NCBI GenBank assembly: GCA_037442745.1
Contig: JBBIPP010000003.1
Coordinates: 1 to 64,000, forward strand
DNA from: an archaeon
GTDB lineage: Archaea; SpSt-1190; DYHY01
Reading direction: 5' to 3'
Length of the DNA stretch: 64,000 bases
In this document: one piece after another, positions 1 through 9,749 of the stretch
Numbering within the stretch: the first letter of the stretch is position 1
How the letters are laid out: every line of letters starts with the position of its first letter
Position numbers and translations under genes: made by a program
Notes under the pieces: generated by a model
Told to the model about the DNA's origin: nothing
Databases searched by the model: none
The model's input: the letters and a program-made list of their open reading frames with translations, nothing else

Positions 1-103
1 GTCTTTATATAGTTTTTGTCATTTGGGAATTTTTGGAAACTCGCAATTTTTGCCATGGCCAACATTTTTTTACTTCATTGGGCTGTTGAAACCCTCCTAG
101 AAA

Positions 104-578
104 ATGACCGAAAGGAATATCAGGCCAGAGCCCCGGATATTTGTTCATTTTGTGACAAACAAACCTTTGTTTAACCTGTTCAGGAAGTATTTATTGAAAG
201 CGGGCATCCCGGAGAGAAATTCCCAGTTCTCGAACAAAATCTATTCCAACAACGCCCACCTCTTCTACCTCGTCAAGACAACGGAACGCTCGTTCCGGAG
301 AAAGGCGAGCAGCAGCCTTTTCATTGACTGGACGGGATTCTCCCAGAATTACCAAGTATTACGCCATCAGGATAGACAGCTTAATCTCCCGCAATTCCTT
401 CGTTAAAGCGGTCATTGCGGCAAACGAACGGGGTTTTGTTGTCGGGGCGGCGTTCGTTCGGGGATGCGAATCCCCAGCTTTCCACAAAGTGCTGATGACT
501 GGCGTGAAAGCAGACGCGGGAAAGGGAAAAGTCCAGCCGGGAACGGAGGAAATGCTGCTGTTTCTCGGAAAATCTTGA
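104..578 (+). pseudogene. Hypothetical gene possibly split by a frameshift (ORFs 104-406 and 324-578)
   Basis: Two overlapping same-strand ORFs fill the space before the promoter at ~604; no family motif recognised. Confidence 0.3.
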
Positions 579-632
579 TGCCTGGATTTTTCTGCTGATA
601 ATGCTTATTAAGCCAAAAACGCCCAGAGCCCT

Positions 633-2234
633 ATGGCTGGGAAACTGACCGCTCCTTCCAAGGCTAGATTCCTGGCGGTAATTTTCCTCTCCTTCCTCTC
701 GGGAGCGGGAATAATGATTCTTGAAATCTGCGCATCCCGCCTTCTCTCGCCATATTTCGGAAACAGCATTTTCGTCTGGGGGAGCCTGATAGGAGTTGTC
801 CTCCTCGCACTTTCATTGGGCTATCTTCTTGGGGGATATTTCGCTGACAGGTTTCCGTCCGAGAGGATTGTCCCGGCAATTGTCGCCCTCTCCGGACTCT
901 TGGTTTTCCTAGTCCCGGTTTTCTCGGGAGCGGTTTTCTCCTTTGCCCGCGGATTCGGCTTTGTTTTCGGCCCCCTCTTTTCGGCATCGGTTCTCCTTAT
1001 TCCTGCAAGCGTTCTTCTGGGCGCAGTCTCCCCGTATTCAATGAAGCTTCTCGGGAAGGGGAATGGGCTCGGAAAATCCTCCGGGATTCTTTACGCAGTC
1101 TCGACTGCGGGGAGCCTTGTTGGGACGTTTCTCGCAACTTTTGTCCTAGCACCTTTCATTGGGACAAGGGAAACGGTTCTCGGTCTCGGTATTCTCCTTC
1201 TCTTTTCCGGACTGGCGTCCCTTTTATTTTTCTCGCGGAGGGGCTCTTTTGCGCTCCTGCTCATGCTCCTGCCAATGGCAGCCCTCTTTGTTCCTTTCCT
1301 CGGGGCAGTCCCCTCTTTCGGGGAGGCTGATTTCGTTCCTTCGGGAGCGCAAATAATTCACTCGGAAGATTCCCTATACCAGAGAATAATTATAGCGGAT
1401 CGCCCGTTCTGGGGCAATTCATCAGAGGTTGTGCGCCTCCTTATGACTGACGGCCAGCTGTCGGGGGCAATCTATCGGGATCGCCCGTGGGAGTCGCCAT
1501 TCCCGCTGGTTGATTATTTCGGCCTCGCATATACAATAAAGCCCGACATTGCGAGCGCCCTTTTTGTCGGGGGCGGGGCGTTCTCCCTCCCGAGGAGATT
1601 CCTCCAAGGAAACCCGTCAATTAGAATTGATGTTGTTGAGATAGACCCTGCCGTTGTAATGGTCTCGAGGGAATATCTGAACCTGAGTGACGACCCCGGC
1701 TTTGGGATTTCTGTCGGGGACGGGAGGGCGTTCCTGAATTCAGCTGAAGGAAAATACGACCTTGTGGGTATTAACGCGTACTCGGGCTGGACAATTCCTG
1801 CACATATGCTGACTGTTGAATTTTTTGAATTGGTCTCGTCAAGGCTCGCGGACGACGGCGTTCTTGCAGTGAATTTGATAGGCGCGACCGAAGGGCGTCT
1901 TGCCAAAGTAACTGAAATTGTCCACAACACACTTTCGGAAGTCTTTCCCGCAGTTTACGTAATCCCGGTCGGGGGGCCATTGCCCGAAAACCGGGTTGCA
2001 AACATCCTTATTTTCGCCTCGAAAAACCCTTCAATTATCCCCCCGGAAACTCTCAAAAAAAGGGCAGTTTCCCTTTCAGCTACCTTGGGAATAGTCGGGT
2101 TCCCTGAGTATTTGAACGGCTACGACCCCTACTGGCCAAGGAATTCATCGGGTGGAGGGATATTCACTGACAATTATTCCCCGGTAAACAACCTAATTGA
2201 CTCGGAGCTCTCCAGCTTTTTCCTGCTTGGATAA
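633..2234 (+). CDS. Fused MFS-like membrane domain / spermidine synthase-like SAM-binding protein
   Basis: N-terminal TMs (GAGIMILEI..SRLLSPYFGNS); C-terminal FVGGGAFSLP, VVEIDPAV, VGDGRAFL, FTDNYSP. Confidence 0.9.
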   Translation: MAGKLTAPSKARFLAVIFLSFLSGAGIMILEICASRLLSPYFGNSIFVWGSLIGVVLLALSLGYLLGGYFADRFPSERIVPAIVALSGLLVFLVPVFSGAVFSFARGFGFVFGPLFSASVLLIPASVLLGAVSPYSMKLLGKGNGLGKSSGILYAVSTAGSLVGTFLATFVLAPFIGTRETVLGLGILLLFSGLASLLFFSRRGSFALLLMLLPMAALFVPFLGAVPSFGEADFVPSGAQIIHSEDSLYQRIIIADRPFWGNSSEVVRLLMTDGQLSGAIYRDRPWESPFPLVDYFGLAYTIKPDIASALFVGGGAFSLPRRFLQGNPSIRIDVVEIDPAVVMVSREYLNLSDDPGFGISVGDGRAFLNSAEGKYDLVGINAYSGWTIPAHMLTVEFFELVSSRLADDGVLAVNLIGATEGRLAKVTEIVHNTLSEVFPAVYVIPVGGPLPENRVANILIFASKNPSIIPPETLKKRAVSLSATLGIVGFPEYLNGYDPYWPRNSSGGGIFTDNYSPVNNLIDSELSSFFLLG

Positions 2235-2239
2235 TTTTC

Positions 2240-2404
2240 TTAGGGAGAACGCCTCGGTTTACTTTTTCTTCTTTTTTTGGAGGAAGCCGGCCTTTTGACA
2301 GGGGCTTTCCTTTTCGCTTTTGGCAGTTCCTCGTCAATGCAACAACGGTCTTCTTCAGAGTGCTTCTCGGGATGGCTCCCGCAGCATTCGTGCCCTTTTT
2401 CCAT
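2240..2404 (-). CDS. Small Cys/His-rich protein with basic tail (54 aa)
   Basis: ATG at 2404 with TATA-like TATATAAAA ~22-30 nt upstream; HECCGSH..H..RCC then K/R-rich tail. Confidence 0.5.
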   Translation of the reverse strand: MEKGHECCGSHPEKHSEEDRCCIDEELPKAKRKAPVKRPASSKKRRKSKPRRSP

Positions 2405-2483
2405 GTCGAAAACCTCTGAAAGTAGTATATAAAATATGCTTGTCCTGGAAAACTCTTTTATTTGAATTCTCCCGACTACTTGC

Positions 2484-2789
2484 ATGAAAAACCCTGTCTA
2501 TTTCTCCGTTCTTGGAGCGGCAATCCTCGTTCTTTCCCTCATTGTCCATCCGTTCACAATATCGTTTGCCGATTTTGAGAGTTTTGAAACAACCATTTCC
2601 CTCTGCGAGTCGGGTGTCGGAGTGTCGGGCGAACTCCTCTCGAAGGAATTCTCGTTTGAATGCACGCAGATTGGGAAAATGAGGGCAATTGTCCTTGGCG
2701 CCCGGACTGGTTGGATTGCCGGGGTTGGTCTGATTGCCCTCGGGCTTTTCCTCAGTTACTGGAAGAATTCTCCAAAGAAAAAGAAATAA
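2484..2789 (+). CDS. Small membrane protein (2 TM)
   Basis: 101-aa ORF with two hydrophobic helices and KKKK C-terminus. Confidence 0.65.
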   Translation: MKNPVYFSVLGAAILVLSLIVHPFTISFADFESFETTISLCESGVGVSGELLSKEFSFECTQIGKMRAIVLGARTGWIAGVGLIALGLFLSYWKNSPKKKK

Positions 2790-2814
2790 AAAGCTGGTTT
2801 TTCTCATTGGGCGC

Positions 2815-3870
2815 ATGGTATTCGACTATCGGGCTTTCCTCGCAATTGAGTTTTTTGGAAACGCTCTCCAATCTTACCTAGTCTCCCTCGGAATTTTTCT
2901 CGGGAGCCTGATTCTCCTCTGGATTTTCAAGAACATTGTAGTAAAGCATCTGGAAAATCTGGCTGAAAGGACGGAGACGGATCTTGACGATGCGATAATT
3001 TCGGCAATCAAGGCGTTCGGAATTGTCCCCCTCTCCTTCCTCGCGCTCCAGATTGCTACGGAGTTTCTAGCCCTTCCAGAACGGTTCCCGGACATTCTTG
3101 ACAAGGCAACGCTTGTTGTCGCCGCGTTCTACGGGGTAAAGTCGGGAATACTACTCCTCGACTATCTCCTGAAGAAATACGGGGAGAAAAGGGGGGATGT
3201 TGACTCCAGTTCCCTTGACTTAATGCGCCTCATCCTGAAAATCCTCTTTTGGAGCATTGCGGGCCTCTTCATAATCTCTCTTCTTGGGTTCAACATCTCC
3301 GCCCTTCTGACCGGCCTGGGTATTGGGGGGATCGCGATTGCGTTCGCCCTCCAAAACATCCTCTCCGACATTTTCGCATCATTCTCTATTTATTTCGACA
3401 GGCCGTTTAAGGTCGGGGACTATATTGTCGTCGGGACTGACAAGGGCACTGTCAAGAAGATTGGAATAAAGACAACGAGGGTCACGACAACTGAGGGGGA
3501 TGAGCTCGTAATATCGAACAAGGAATTGACGAGCGTCCGTGTCCGGAACTATAAGAAAATGTCCGAGAGACGGGTGAGCTTCGACCTCGGGGTCGCCTAC
3601 CAGACTCCGAACGAGAAAATGGAGAAAATCCCGGAGATTGTAAAGGAGGTTGTTGGAAAAACAAAGAACACCCGCTTCGACAGGTGCTATTTCACCCGCT
3701 TTGCGGACTCTTCCCTGCTCTTTGAAATTGTCTATTTCATCGGCGACTCGGACATTGTTCTGTTCAGAAAAGTCCACCATGAAATTTCCCTCGGAATAAA
3801 GGGCGCGTTCGAAAAGGAAGGGATTGAGATAGCATATCCGACCCGGACAGTTTTCCTGAAAAAGGACTAG
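2815..3870 (+). CDS. mscS: Small-conductance mechanosensitive channel
   Basis: GLGIGGIAIAFALQNILSD, DRPFKVGDYI, GTVKKIGIKTT, IEIAYPT; start reassigned to ATG 2815. Confidence 0.95.
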   Translation: MVFDYRAFLAIEFFGNALQSYLVSLGIFLGSLILLWIFKNIVVKHLENLAERTETDLDDAIISAIKAFGIVPLSFLALQIATEFLALPERFPDILDKATLVVAAFYGVKSGILLLDYLLKKYGEKRGDVDSSSLDLMRLILKILFWSIAGLFIISLLGFNISALLTGLGIGGIAIAFALQNILSDIFASFSIYFDRPFKVGDYIVVGTDKGTVKKIGIKTTRVTTTEGDELVISNKELTSVRVRNYKKMSERRVSFDLGVAYQTPNEKMEKIPEIVKEVVGKTKNTRFDRCYFTRFADSSLLFEIVYFIGDSDIVLFRKVHHEISLGIKGAFEKEGIEIAYPTRTVFLKKD

Positions 3871-3876
3871 GTAAAA

Positions 3877-4398
3877 TTGGCAGTCCGTCTGAGGGGAATT
3901 TCCGGGCGCCTGAGGCTCGCCCTTATCCTCGGGGCAGTTGCCTTGGCAGTCGGGATCTGGGCCCTCGGGTTCGGGGAAAAGATATCGGGATATCTCTCTG
4001 GTCTTGGGATCCTCGGGGCAGTTGTTGCGGGATTCTTCTATTCTAGCGGGATAACCACTCCGTTCGCCCTCTTGGCCCTAAAGGATCTACTAGCGTCGGG
4101 CAACGGCTTTCTTGTGGCAGTTGTCGCCTCCCTCTCGGCAGCCCTTGCGGACTCCCTGATGCTCTCGTCGGGAAGTGGTTTGATAGGGGAAATGAGGCTC
4201 TCTTCCCTGAGAAAGCGCATGGGAAGGTTCTCATTCCTCCTTGTCTTTTTGGGATTCCTGGTCTTTGGCTCCCCTGCCCCTGACGAGACGGGAATTGCGC
4301 TAATGGGCCTTGCCGGAATTGGCCGGATGCGCTTTTTCGCAATTGTTTTCCTCGCCAAATTCGCGACTCTTCTCGGAATCCTGATTGTCCTCCTTTGA
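3877..4398 (+). CDS. Membrane protein, VTT/DedA-like
   Basis: Highly hydrophobic 173 aa with SPAPDETGIALMG motif; family assignment tentative. Confidence 0.6.
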   Translation: MAVRLRGISGRLRLALILGAVALAVGIWALGFGEKISGYLSGLGILGAVVAGFFYSSGITTPFALLALKDLLASGNGFLVAVVASLSAALADSLMLSSGSGLIGEMRLSSLRKRMGRFSFLLVFLGFLVFGSPAPDETGIALMGLAGIGRMRFFAIVFLAKFATLLGILIVLL

Positions 4399-4442
4399 AC
4401 CTAGATAATGATTTTTAAAAGGGGCTGCTGCCTGCATGCCCG

Positions 4443-6092
4443 ATGGAAATCTGGCAGTTGATTTTCGCAATTGTCCCGGGACTCGCGCTCTTCCTCTACG
4501 GAATTGAGAGCTTCAGCAAGGAGATTGAAAATATTGCCGGGGAGAATTTCAAGCGCATTATCCAGAGGGCAACTGACAACCCCCTCGGGGGGACTTTTCT
4601 TGGAGCAATTGTGACTGCAGTAATACAGTCGAGCAGCGCAACAACAACAATAACCGTAGGGCTCGTGAACGCCGGGATTCTCTCTTTCACACAGAGCCTC
4701 GGGATAATTTTCGGGGCGAACATCGGGACAACAATAACAGCCCAGTTGGTGGCGTTGAAGCTCACTTTCATTGCCCCCCTGTTCATAGGGGTCGGTTTCG
4801 CCCTAGACCTCTTCTCGAAGAAGCACAAAGTCCTCGGAAAAACCATTTTCTATTTCGGCCTCGTTTTTTTCGGCCTGAATCTGATCTCCTCAGCAGTCGC
4901 CCCGATAAAGAACGACCCACAGATAATGGAGCTCTTCCTCCGGCTTGATAACGTTTTCCTTGGGCTTGCCGCGGGAATAATCCTGACAACTATTGTTCAG
5001 TCAAGTTCGGTAACTACTGGGTTGGTGGTTCTCTTGGCAGGGGAAGGCCTAATAAGCCTCGGGAGCGCGCTCCCTATCCTTCTTGGAGCCAATATCGGGA
5101 GCACGACAACTTCCCTTTTCGCCGCATCCTCAATGGACCTCTATTCGAAGAGGGCTGCGGCAGCCCACACGCTGTTCAATTTATTCGGAGCGGTTCTTTT
5201 CCTGCCATTCCTCCCGGCCTTTGCATCAGCAATAGCATCTCTTGGAGGGGAGCCCGCAAGGCAGGTCGCAAACGCGCATTTGGCATTCAACTTTGTGTGC
5301 GCGGCAATCTTCCTTGTTTTTCTTCCCCAATTCAGGAGGCTCGTTGTTCTGGCAGTCCCGGGGGAGGACGAGCAGATAATACTGAAGACGCGGAACCTGA
5401 AGGAAAATTATTCCGACATAGGAGCCCTTCTTTCAGATTCGTGGCTCGAAATACGGCATTCTTTCGAGGTTTCCAAAAAGGCGTTCGATTATGCAATACT
5501 TTGCTCGAAAAGCGTGGATTCCGCAAAGGCCAACCGTGTGAGGAGGCTAGAGCAGCTGTCGGACTTTTTGAACGAGCGGATAAACAACGCAATCCTCTCA
5601 TTTTCAAAGGAGACTGAAGGGGCCCTTTCTGAGAGGGAGGCAGAGCTCCTGATATTCACAACAAGAATCTCTAACGGCGTCGAGAACTTTGCAGACGAGG
5701 CGGTGAACATTCTCGAGACTGCTGAGAGGGCTCAGTTCGCTGGGGCTTCGATGTCTGAGGAGGCAATAAAGGAGCTCGACTCCATCTATTCAGTATTCGG
5801 GGAGAACCTCGGGATACTGATTTCGTCGGAAGATTTTTCCGGGAAAGTGCGCCTGAAAATAAAGAAAAACGACTGGATTCTCCGGGAGAGGATAAGCGCA
5901 TCCTATCTCAAGCAGTTGAAGAGGATTTCTGGCAAGGGCTCGAAGGACCTCCTCGTCTCGAGAAAAGCACATGCCGGGAGCGGTTTCATTGAAACCCTCT
6001 CTACAATAGAATCGGCGAACTCTAGGTTAGGAGAGCTCCGGCGGATATCCGTTCAGTATACACGGCTCAAGGGGATGAGAGCTTCAAAGTAG
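4443..6092 (+). CDS. Na/Pi cotransporter family protein with PhoU-like C-terminus
   Basis: Repeated QSSS and GANIGTT/GANIGST motifs; ANAHLAFN. Confidence 0.93.
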   Translation: MEIWQLIFAIVPGLALFLYGIESFSKEIENIAGENFKRIIQRATDNPLGGTFLGAIVTAVIQSSSATTTITVGLVNAGILSFTQSLGIIFGANIGTTITAQLVALKLTFIAPLFIGVGFALDLFSKKHKVLGKTIFYFGLVFFGLNLISSAVAPIKNDPQIMELFLRLDNVFLGLAAGIILTTIVQSSSVTTGLVVLLAGEGLISLGSALPILLGANIGSTTTSLFAASSMDLYSKRAAAAHTLFNLFGAVLFLPFLPAFASAIASLGGEPARQVANAHLAFNFVCAAIFLVFLPQFRRLVVLAVPGEDEQIILKTRNLKENYSDIGALLSDSWLEIRHSFEVSKKAFDYAILCSKSVDSAKANRVRRLEQLSDFLNERINNAILSFSKETEGALSEREAELLIFTTRISNGVENFADEAVNILETAERAQFAGASMSEEAIKELDSIYSVFGENLGILISSEDFSGKVRLKIKKNDWILRERISASYLKQLKRISGKGSKDLLVSRKAHAGSGFIETLSTIESANSRLGELRRISVQYTRLKGMRASK

Positions 6093-6227
6093 AGCTATTA
6101 TTTGCCCTCTACAGGCTTGGGCGGATAGGGGCATTGATATTTCGGCAAAAGCTGACTTGCCCGGCCTTGCGCCCGAAAGCTCGTTGAAAACTTGGCAATA
6201 GTGCGCATGTATCGACATGCCAAGATC

Positions 6228-6556
6228 CCCGGGATGTGCCAAGTCGGTAATTTCATAGCCCCCTTCAGTGGAAAAGACCTTCGAGACGCGTTCCTGATCG
6301 TCCTTCCCGGATATTGGCATTTTGGGAGGAGTCTTCCCGGGAGTGCCAGAACTGAGAAAAAAAGTCCGAAAATAGCTGGGAGATTACTATCTCAATAATG
6401 CCCGGAAAACCCGAAAAGAGAAAGTTGGCCCCATTCCGAGGGCTTCTGCAACCCCCCGGAGTCTTTTGGATTGTCCTCCAGAAAGTGAAAATCCCCTGAA
6501 TGCAACAGGCTTCTGTCACTCGGACGAGCCTTATACGCCCGGGATGTGCCAAGTCG
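6228..6556. repeat. Exact 19-bp direct repeat CCCGGGATGTGCCAAGTCG (6228-6246, 6538-6556)
   Basis: Read directly; lies in a 550-bp gap between convergent genes. Confidence 0.9.
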
Positions 6557-6638
6557 AGAGCGCTGTCGGGGATTGTGGAAATTGTTGGTTAGTGCTGCTG
6601 AGGGAAGGTTCTTGAGACAATTTTTTCGGGGCCAATTA

Positions 6639-7646
6639 TCAGAGAATTCCTTCCATTTTTCCGACATCGTCCGGCCAGACGGATGACTGCACCTCGCCAA
6701 TGTGCTTCTTCTGGAGAAGGAGCTTGCAGAGGCGGGACTGGCCGATTCCGCCACCTATTGTCAGTGGAATTGTCCCGTCAAGTATTCCTTTGTGGAAGGG
6801 CAGATTCTTCCTCTCTGAGAGGGAGGTCCTCTCAAGCTGGTAGAGGAGCGCCTTTCTGTCAACACGGATTCCCATTGAAGAAAGTTCAAGGGGTTTTCCC
6901 CTAACACCGTCAAATACAATTATGTCCCCGTTCAATCCCCTCCGTCTCCCGAAAGTCTCGGTGCTCCAGTCGTCATAGTCAGACGCCCTGAGATCGTGGG
7001 GTTTCCCGTCCCTGAGGGAATGCCCAATCCCGATTATGAATACTGCGCCAAGTCTCTTTGTTATTTCGTGCTCCCGTTCCGCGGGAGTCTTCTCAGGATA
7101 CGTTCTTTCAAGATCCTCCGAATGCACAAATCGTATTTTCTTCGCGAGACTTGGCTTGAGATGTGGGAATTCCGAATGGACAGCTTTTTCAGTCTCGAGG
7201 ATTGCCGAGTATATTTTCCGGACAACCCCTTTAAGGAAAGAGAGCGTCCTTTCTTCGGGGCCGATAACCAGTTCCCAGTCCCATTGGTCAACATAAATGC
7301 TGTGGATTTCGGAGACGTCCTCGTCTTTCCTTATTGCGTCCATGTCCGTATAGAGACCGGTTCCCTTTGGAAACCCGTACTTTCCTAGTGTGTGCCTCTT
7401 CCATTTGGCTAGGCTGTGGACAACCTCTATCTCCTTGTCGGTGAATTTCGCCCTAAACGAGACGGGGACTTGCGTACCTGCGAGATCGTCTTGCAAGCCA
7501 GTTCCGGTAACAAGGAACCTTGGCGCAGTCACCCTTAGAAGGGAGAGCTTTTCTGACAGCTTCCTCTCGAACACGTCCTTCACGAGTTTTATTCCTTTTT
7601 GGGTTTCAATGAAATCCGATTCCCTTGTCTTTGTTCTTGATTTCAT
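6639..7646 (-). CDS. asnA: Aspartate-ammonia ligase (asparagine synthetase A)
   Basis: VVHSLAKWKR, YVDQWDWE, DYDDW, ELSSMGIRVD, IGGGIGQSRL, HIGEVQ. Confidence 0.97.
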   Translation of the reverse strand: MKSRTKTRESDFIETQKGIKLVKDVFERKLSEKLSLLRVTAPRFLVTGTGLQDDLAGTQVPVSFRAKFTDKEIEVVHSLAKWKRHTLGKYGFPKGTGLYTDMDAIRKDEDVSEIHSIYVDQWDWELVIGPEERTLSFLKGVVRKIYSAILETEKAVHSEFPHLKPSLAKKIRFVHSEDLERTYPEKTPAEREHEITKRLGAVFIIGIGHSLRDGKPHDLRASDYDDWSTETFGRRRGLNGDIIVFDGVRGKPLELSSMGIRVDRKALLYQLERTSLSERKNLPFHKGILDGTIPLTIGGGIGQSRLCKLLLQKKHIGEVQSSVWPDDVGKMEGIL

Positions 7647-7896
7647 CTTGTCTTGCCTGCCTTTTGGTTTGTTTTCTGGAAAATAGAAAAAACGGGCGAA
7701 CTTGCTCTCTTAGAATTTCTTGTTGTCAATTATTGGAAAGCCCGTTAAGTTTTTCCATTCCCGCATCTTTCCGTTCCTCCCTATTATCCCTTGTTGATAA
7801 AAATTGATAGAATAGTAATAAAAAGTAAGTATTATAAACTAAAAAACGACTAAATGACGGATATTGGTTGGCAAGTTCCGCCTCCGGTGGAGGAAA

Positions 7897-8361
7897 ATGT
7901 TGAAAATGGAGAAATTGAAAGTAAAGGAGAAGGACGCGAAAATACTGGCCGAACTGAAGAAGGACGCTAGGCAGTCGACTGCTGAAATAGGGAGAAAGCT
8001 CTCGATTCCGAGGGTGACTGTGCACGAGAGAATTCAGCGCCTTGTTGCAACGGGCGTCGTAAAGCGCTTCACGCTCGAGCCGGACTATGCTCTCCTCGGA
8101 AAGCCGGTGAAGGCGTTCATACTTGTGAGCTATTCCACGAACGCGAAAAACACCCAAAGGCAGCTCGCGCTAGAGCTCTCGAGGATTTCCGAAGTCTCCG
8201 AAGTCTCGATTCTTGCTGGGGATTGGGACATTCTTGTGAAAGTGCGCTCGGAATCTATTGAGGCACTCGGCCGGCTTGTTGTTGACAAAATCCGCTCAAT
8301 TCCCGGTGTCGGGAAATCTGTGACAATGCCCGCCCTTGCAACCGAGAAAGAGGAGCTTTGA
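7897..8361 (+). CDS. Lrp/AsnC family transcriptional regulator
   Basis: D..ILAELKKDAR..AEIGRKL.I...TVHERIQRL HTH; GDWDILVKV RAM domain; SD-like GGTGGAGG before ATG 7897. Confidence 0.95.
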   Translation: MLKMEKLKVKEKDAKILAELKKDARQSTAEIGRKLSIPRVTVHERIQRLVATGVVKRFTLEPDYALLGKPVKAFILVSYSTNAKNTQRQLALELSRISEVSEVSILAGDWDILVKVRSESIEALGRLVVDKIRSIPGVGKSVTMPALATEKEEL

Positions 8362-8400
8362 GGGGAAAAATGACTTAAAGCAGGGGGTCGGGTTTCGGCA

Positions 8401-9030
8401 ATGGAAAAATTCGTAGACTCTGCGCCTGCGTACGAACTGAATTCAAAGGATTTGACTCCGGGAGTCCTTTTGGGAAGCCTTTTTGGGTCAGTTACACAAG
8501 GGGTGCTCGCAAAGAAGAGCTTCTCCAAGCGCTTGGCGCACCTGAAATACTACAAAGTCAGGATACCTTTCGGCCTTTTCGCCAAGTTCCCTTCCGCGCG
8601 GGAGGCGTATCAGGAGGGAATCTATGCCTATTTCTTCGGGCTACATTCCCTCTCCCGCCTTGCAATGATAAACACGCTCAAGCTCGCCCTCCGGAAGAAG
8701 AGGGGGGAGGGAAAATATTTTTCGGGAAAGATCGGGGACCTTGTGAATTGGAGCGCTCGCCAAAGGGGGAGCGAGCACCAGTCAGCCGTTGCAAAGGGGT
8801 TGCTCGTCAGGAACGTGGGAGAGGAGAACAATCTGGACATAATAAGGTATTTCTCCGAGATAATTAACAGTTTCTATCCCTATAAAACTGGTGACATAAG
8901 CGTCTTCTGCCCTTCCTGCGGAAAGCTCGAGAGCTATGAGATCCCCGTAGAAGACCTCTTCCTCGGCAACTCCGTTTCAGTAAAGTGCAGGAGTTGCACG
9001 AACTCATTCTCCCTTTTCCTTGTGGGCTGA
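8401..9030 (+). CDS. Hypothetical protein, HEPN/DUF4145-like helical domain plus C-terminal zinc ribbon
   Basis: AYQEGIYAYFFG..SLSRLAMINTLKLAL pattern; CPSC...CRSC. Confidence 0.6.
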   Translation: MEKFVDSAPAYELNSKDLTPGVLLGSLFGSVTQGVLAKKSFSKRLAHLKYYKVRIPFGLFAKFPSAREAYQEGIYAYFFGLHSLSRLAMINTLKLALRKKRGEGKYFSGKIGDLVNWSARQRGSEHQSAVAKGLLVRNVGEENNLDIIRYFSEIINSFYPYKTGDISVFCPSCGKLESYEIPVEDLFLGNSVSVKCRSCTNSFSLFLVG

Positions 9031-9038
9031 TTTTCCCT

Positions 9039-9734
9039 TTGCTAAAAGTCTCTATTGTCTCGAAGCTTTCCGGGGAAGCAAAGGCGCTTGCGGAGAGGGT
9101 TGCCCTTGAGCCCGGGATGAAAATTGTCGGCAGGGGGGCGGATGTGATTGTCGCGCTCGGAGGGGACGGGACTCTTCTTCTGGCTGAGCGGGCGTTTCCG
9201 GGAATACCGAAACTTCCGGCAAGAGCGGGAGGGAGTCTTTGCCTTGGATGCGCTGAGGAGGACGTTGTTCTAATTCTTCGCAGACATTCCCTTGGGAAAA
9301 CAAAGATGGTAGGAGTGAGGAAACTGCGCTCGGAAATTTTTAGGGGAGGGCGGAGAATTGCCTCGTTTGTTGGCGCAAACGATGTTGTTATACGGAACGC
9401 CGAACCGTATCAGGCAATCAGGTTCTCCCTTTCAGTCGGCAAATCGGGCGGACTATTCATAGGGGATGGGATTGTGGCGTCAACCGTTTTTGGGTCAACC
9501 GGATATTTCAGGTCAGTTTCCGGAAAGTCATTCAGCGGGGGATTCGGGTTCGCACTTAACAACCCGACAAAAAGAAGAGGGCCGTTCTATTCTGACACGG
9601 GCTCTGCAAGATTTGAGCTCCTCCGCAATTCTGCGGTAGTCTGCGCGGACAATTGGACAAGGCTTTTCCTCATGAAAGCGGGGGATTTGGCGGTTTTTTC
9701 CCGGGCAGTGGGAAAAATGTTTCTCCTGAGGTAA
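9039..9734 (+). CDS. nadK: NAD(+) kinase
   Basis: GGDGT, ANDVVI, GDGIVASTVFGSTGY; TTG start at 9039 chosen. Confidence 0.9.
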   Translation: MLKVSIVSKLSGEAKALAERVALEPGMKIVGRGADVIVALGGDGTLLLAERAFPGIPKLPARAGGSLCLGCAEEDVVLILRRHSLGKTKMVGVRKLRSEIFRGGRRIASFVGANDVVIRNAEPYQAIRFSLSVGKSGGLFIGDGIVASTVFGSTGYFRSVSGKSFSGGFGFALNNPTKRRGPFYSDTGSARFELLRNSAVVCADNWTRLFLMKAGDLAVFSRAVGKMFLLR

Positions 9735-9749
9735 TCCATCGGCTCTGCC

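Noticed and set aside
1-56. Possible minus-strand gene start at ATG 56
   Set aside because: Only 18 codons visible; cannot be supported
6290-6345. Similarity between 6290-6345 and 41735-41795 (GGGAGGAGT core)
   Set aside because: A 9-mer core is expected by chance between two 500-bp regions, and G-U bias points to opposite strands
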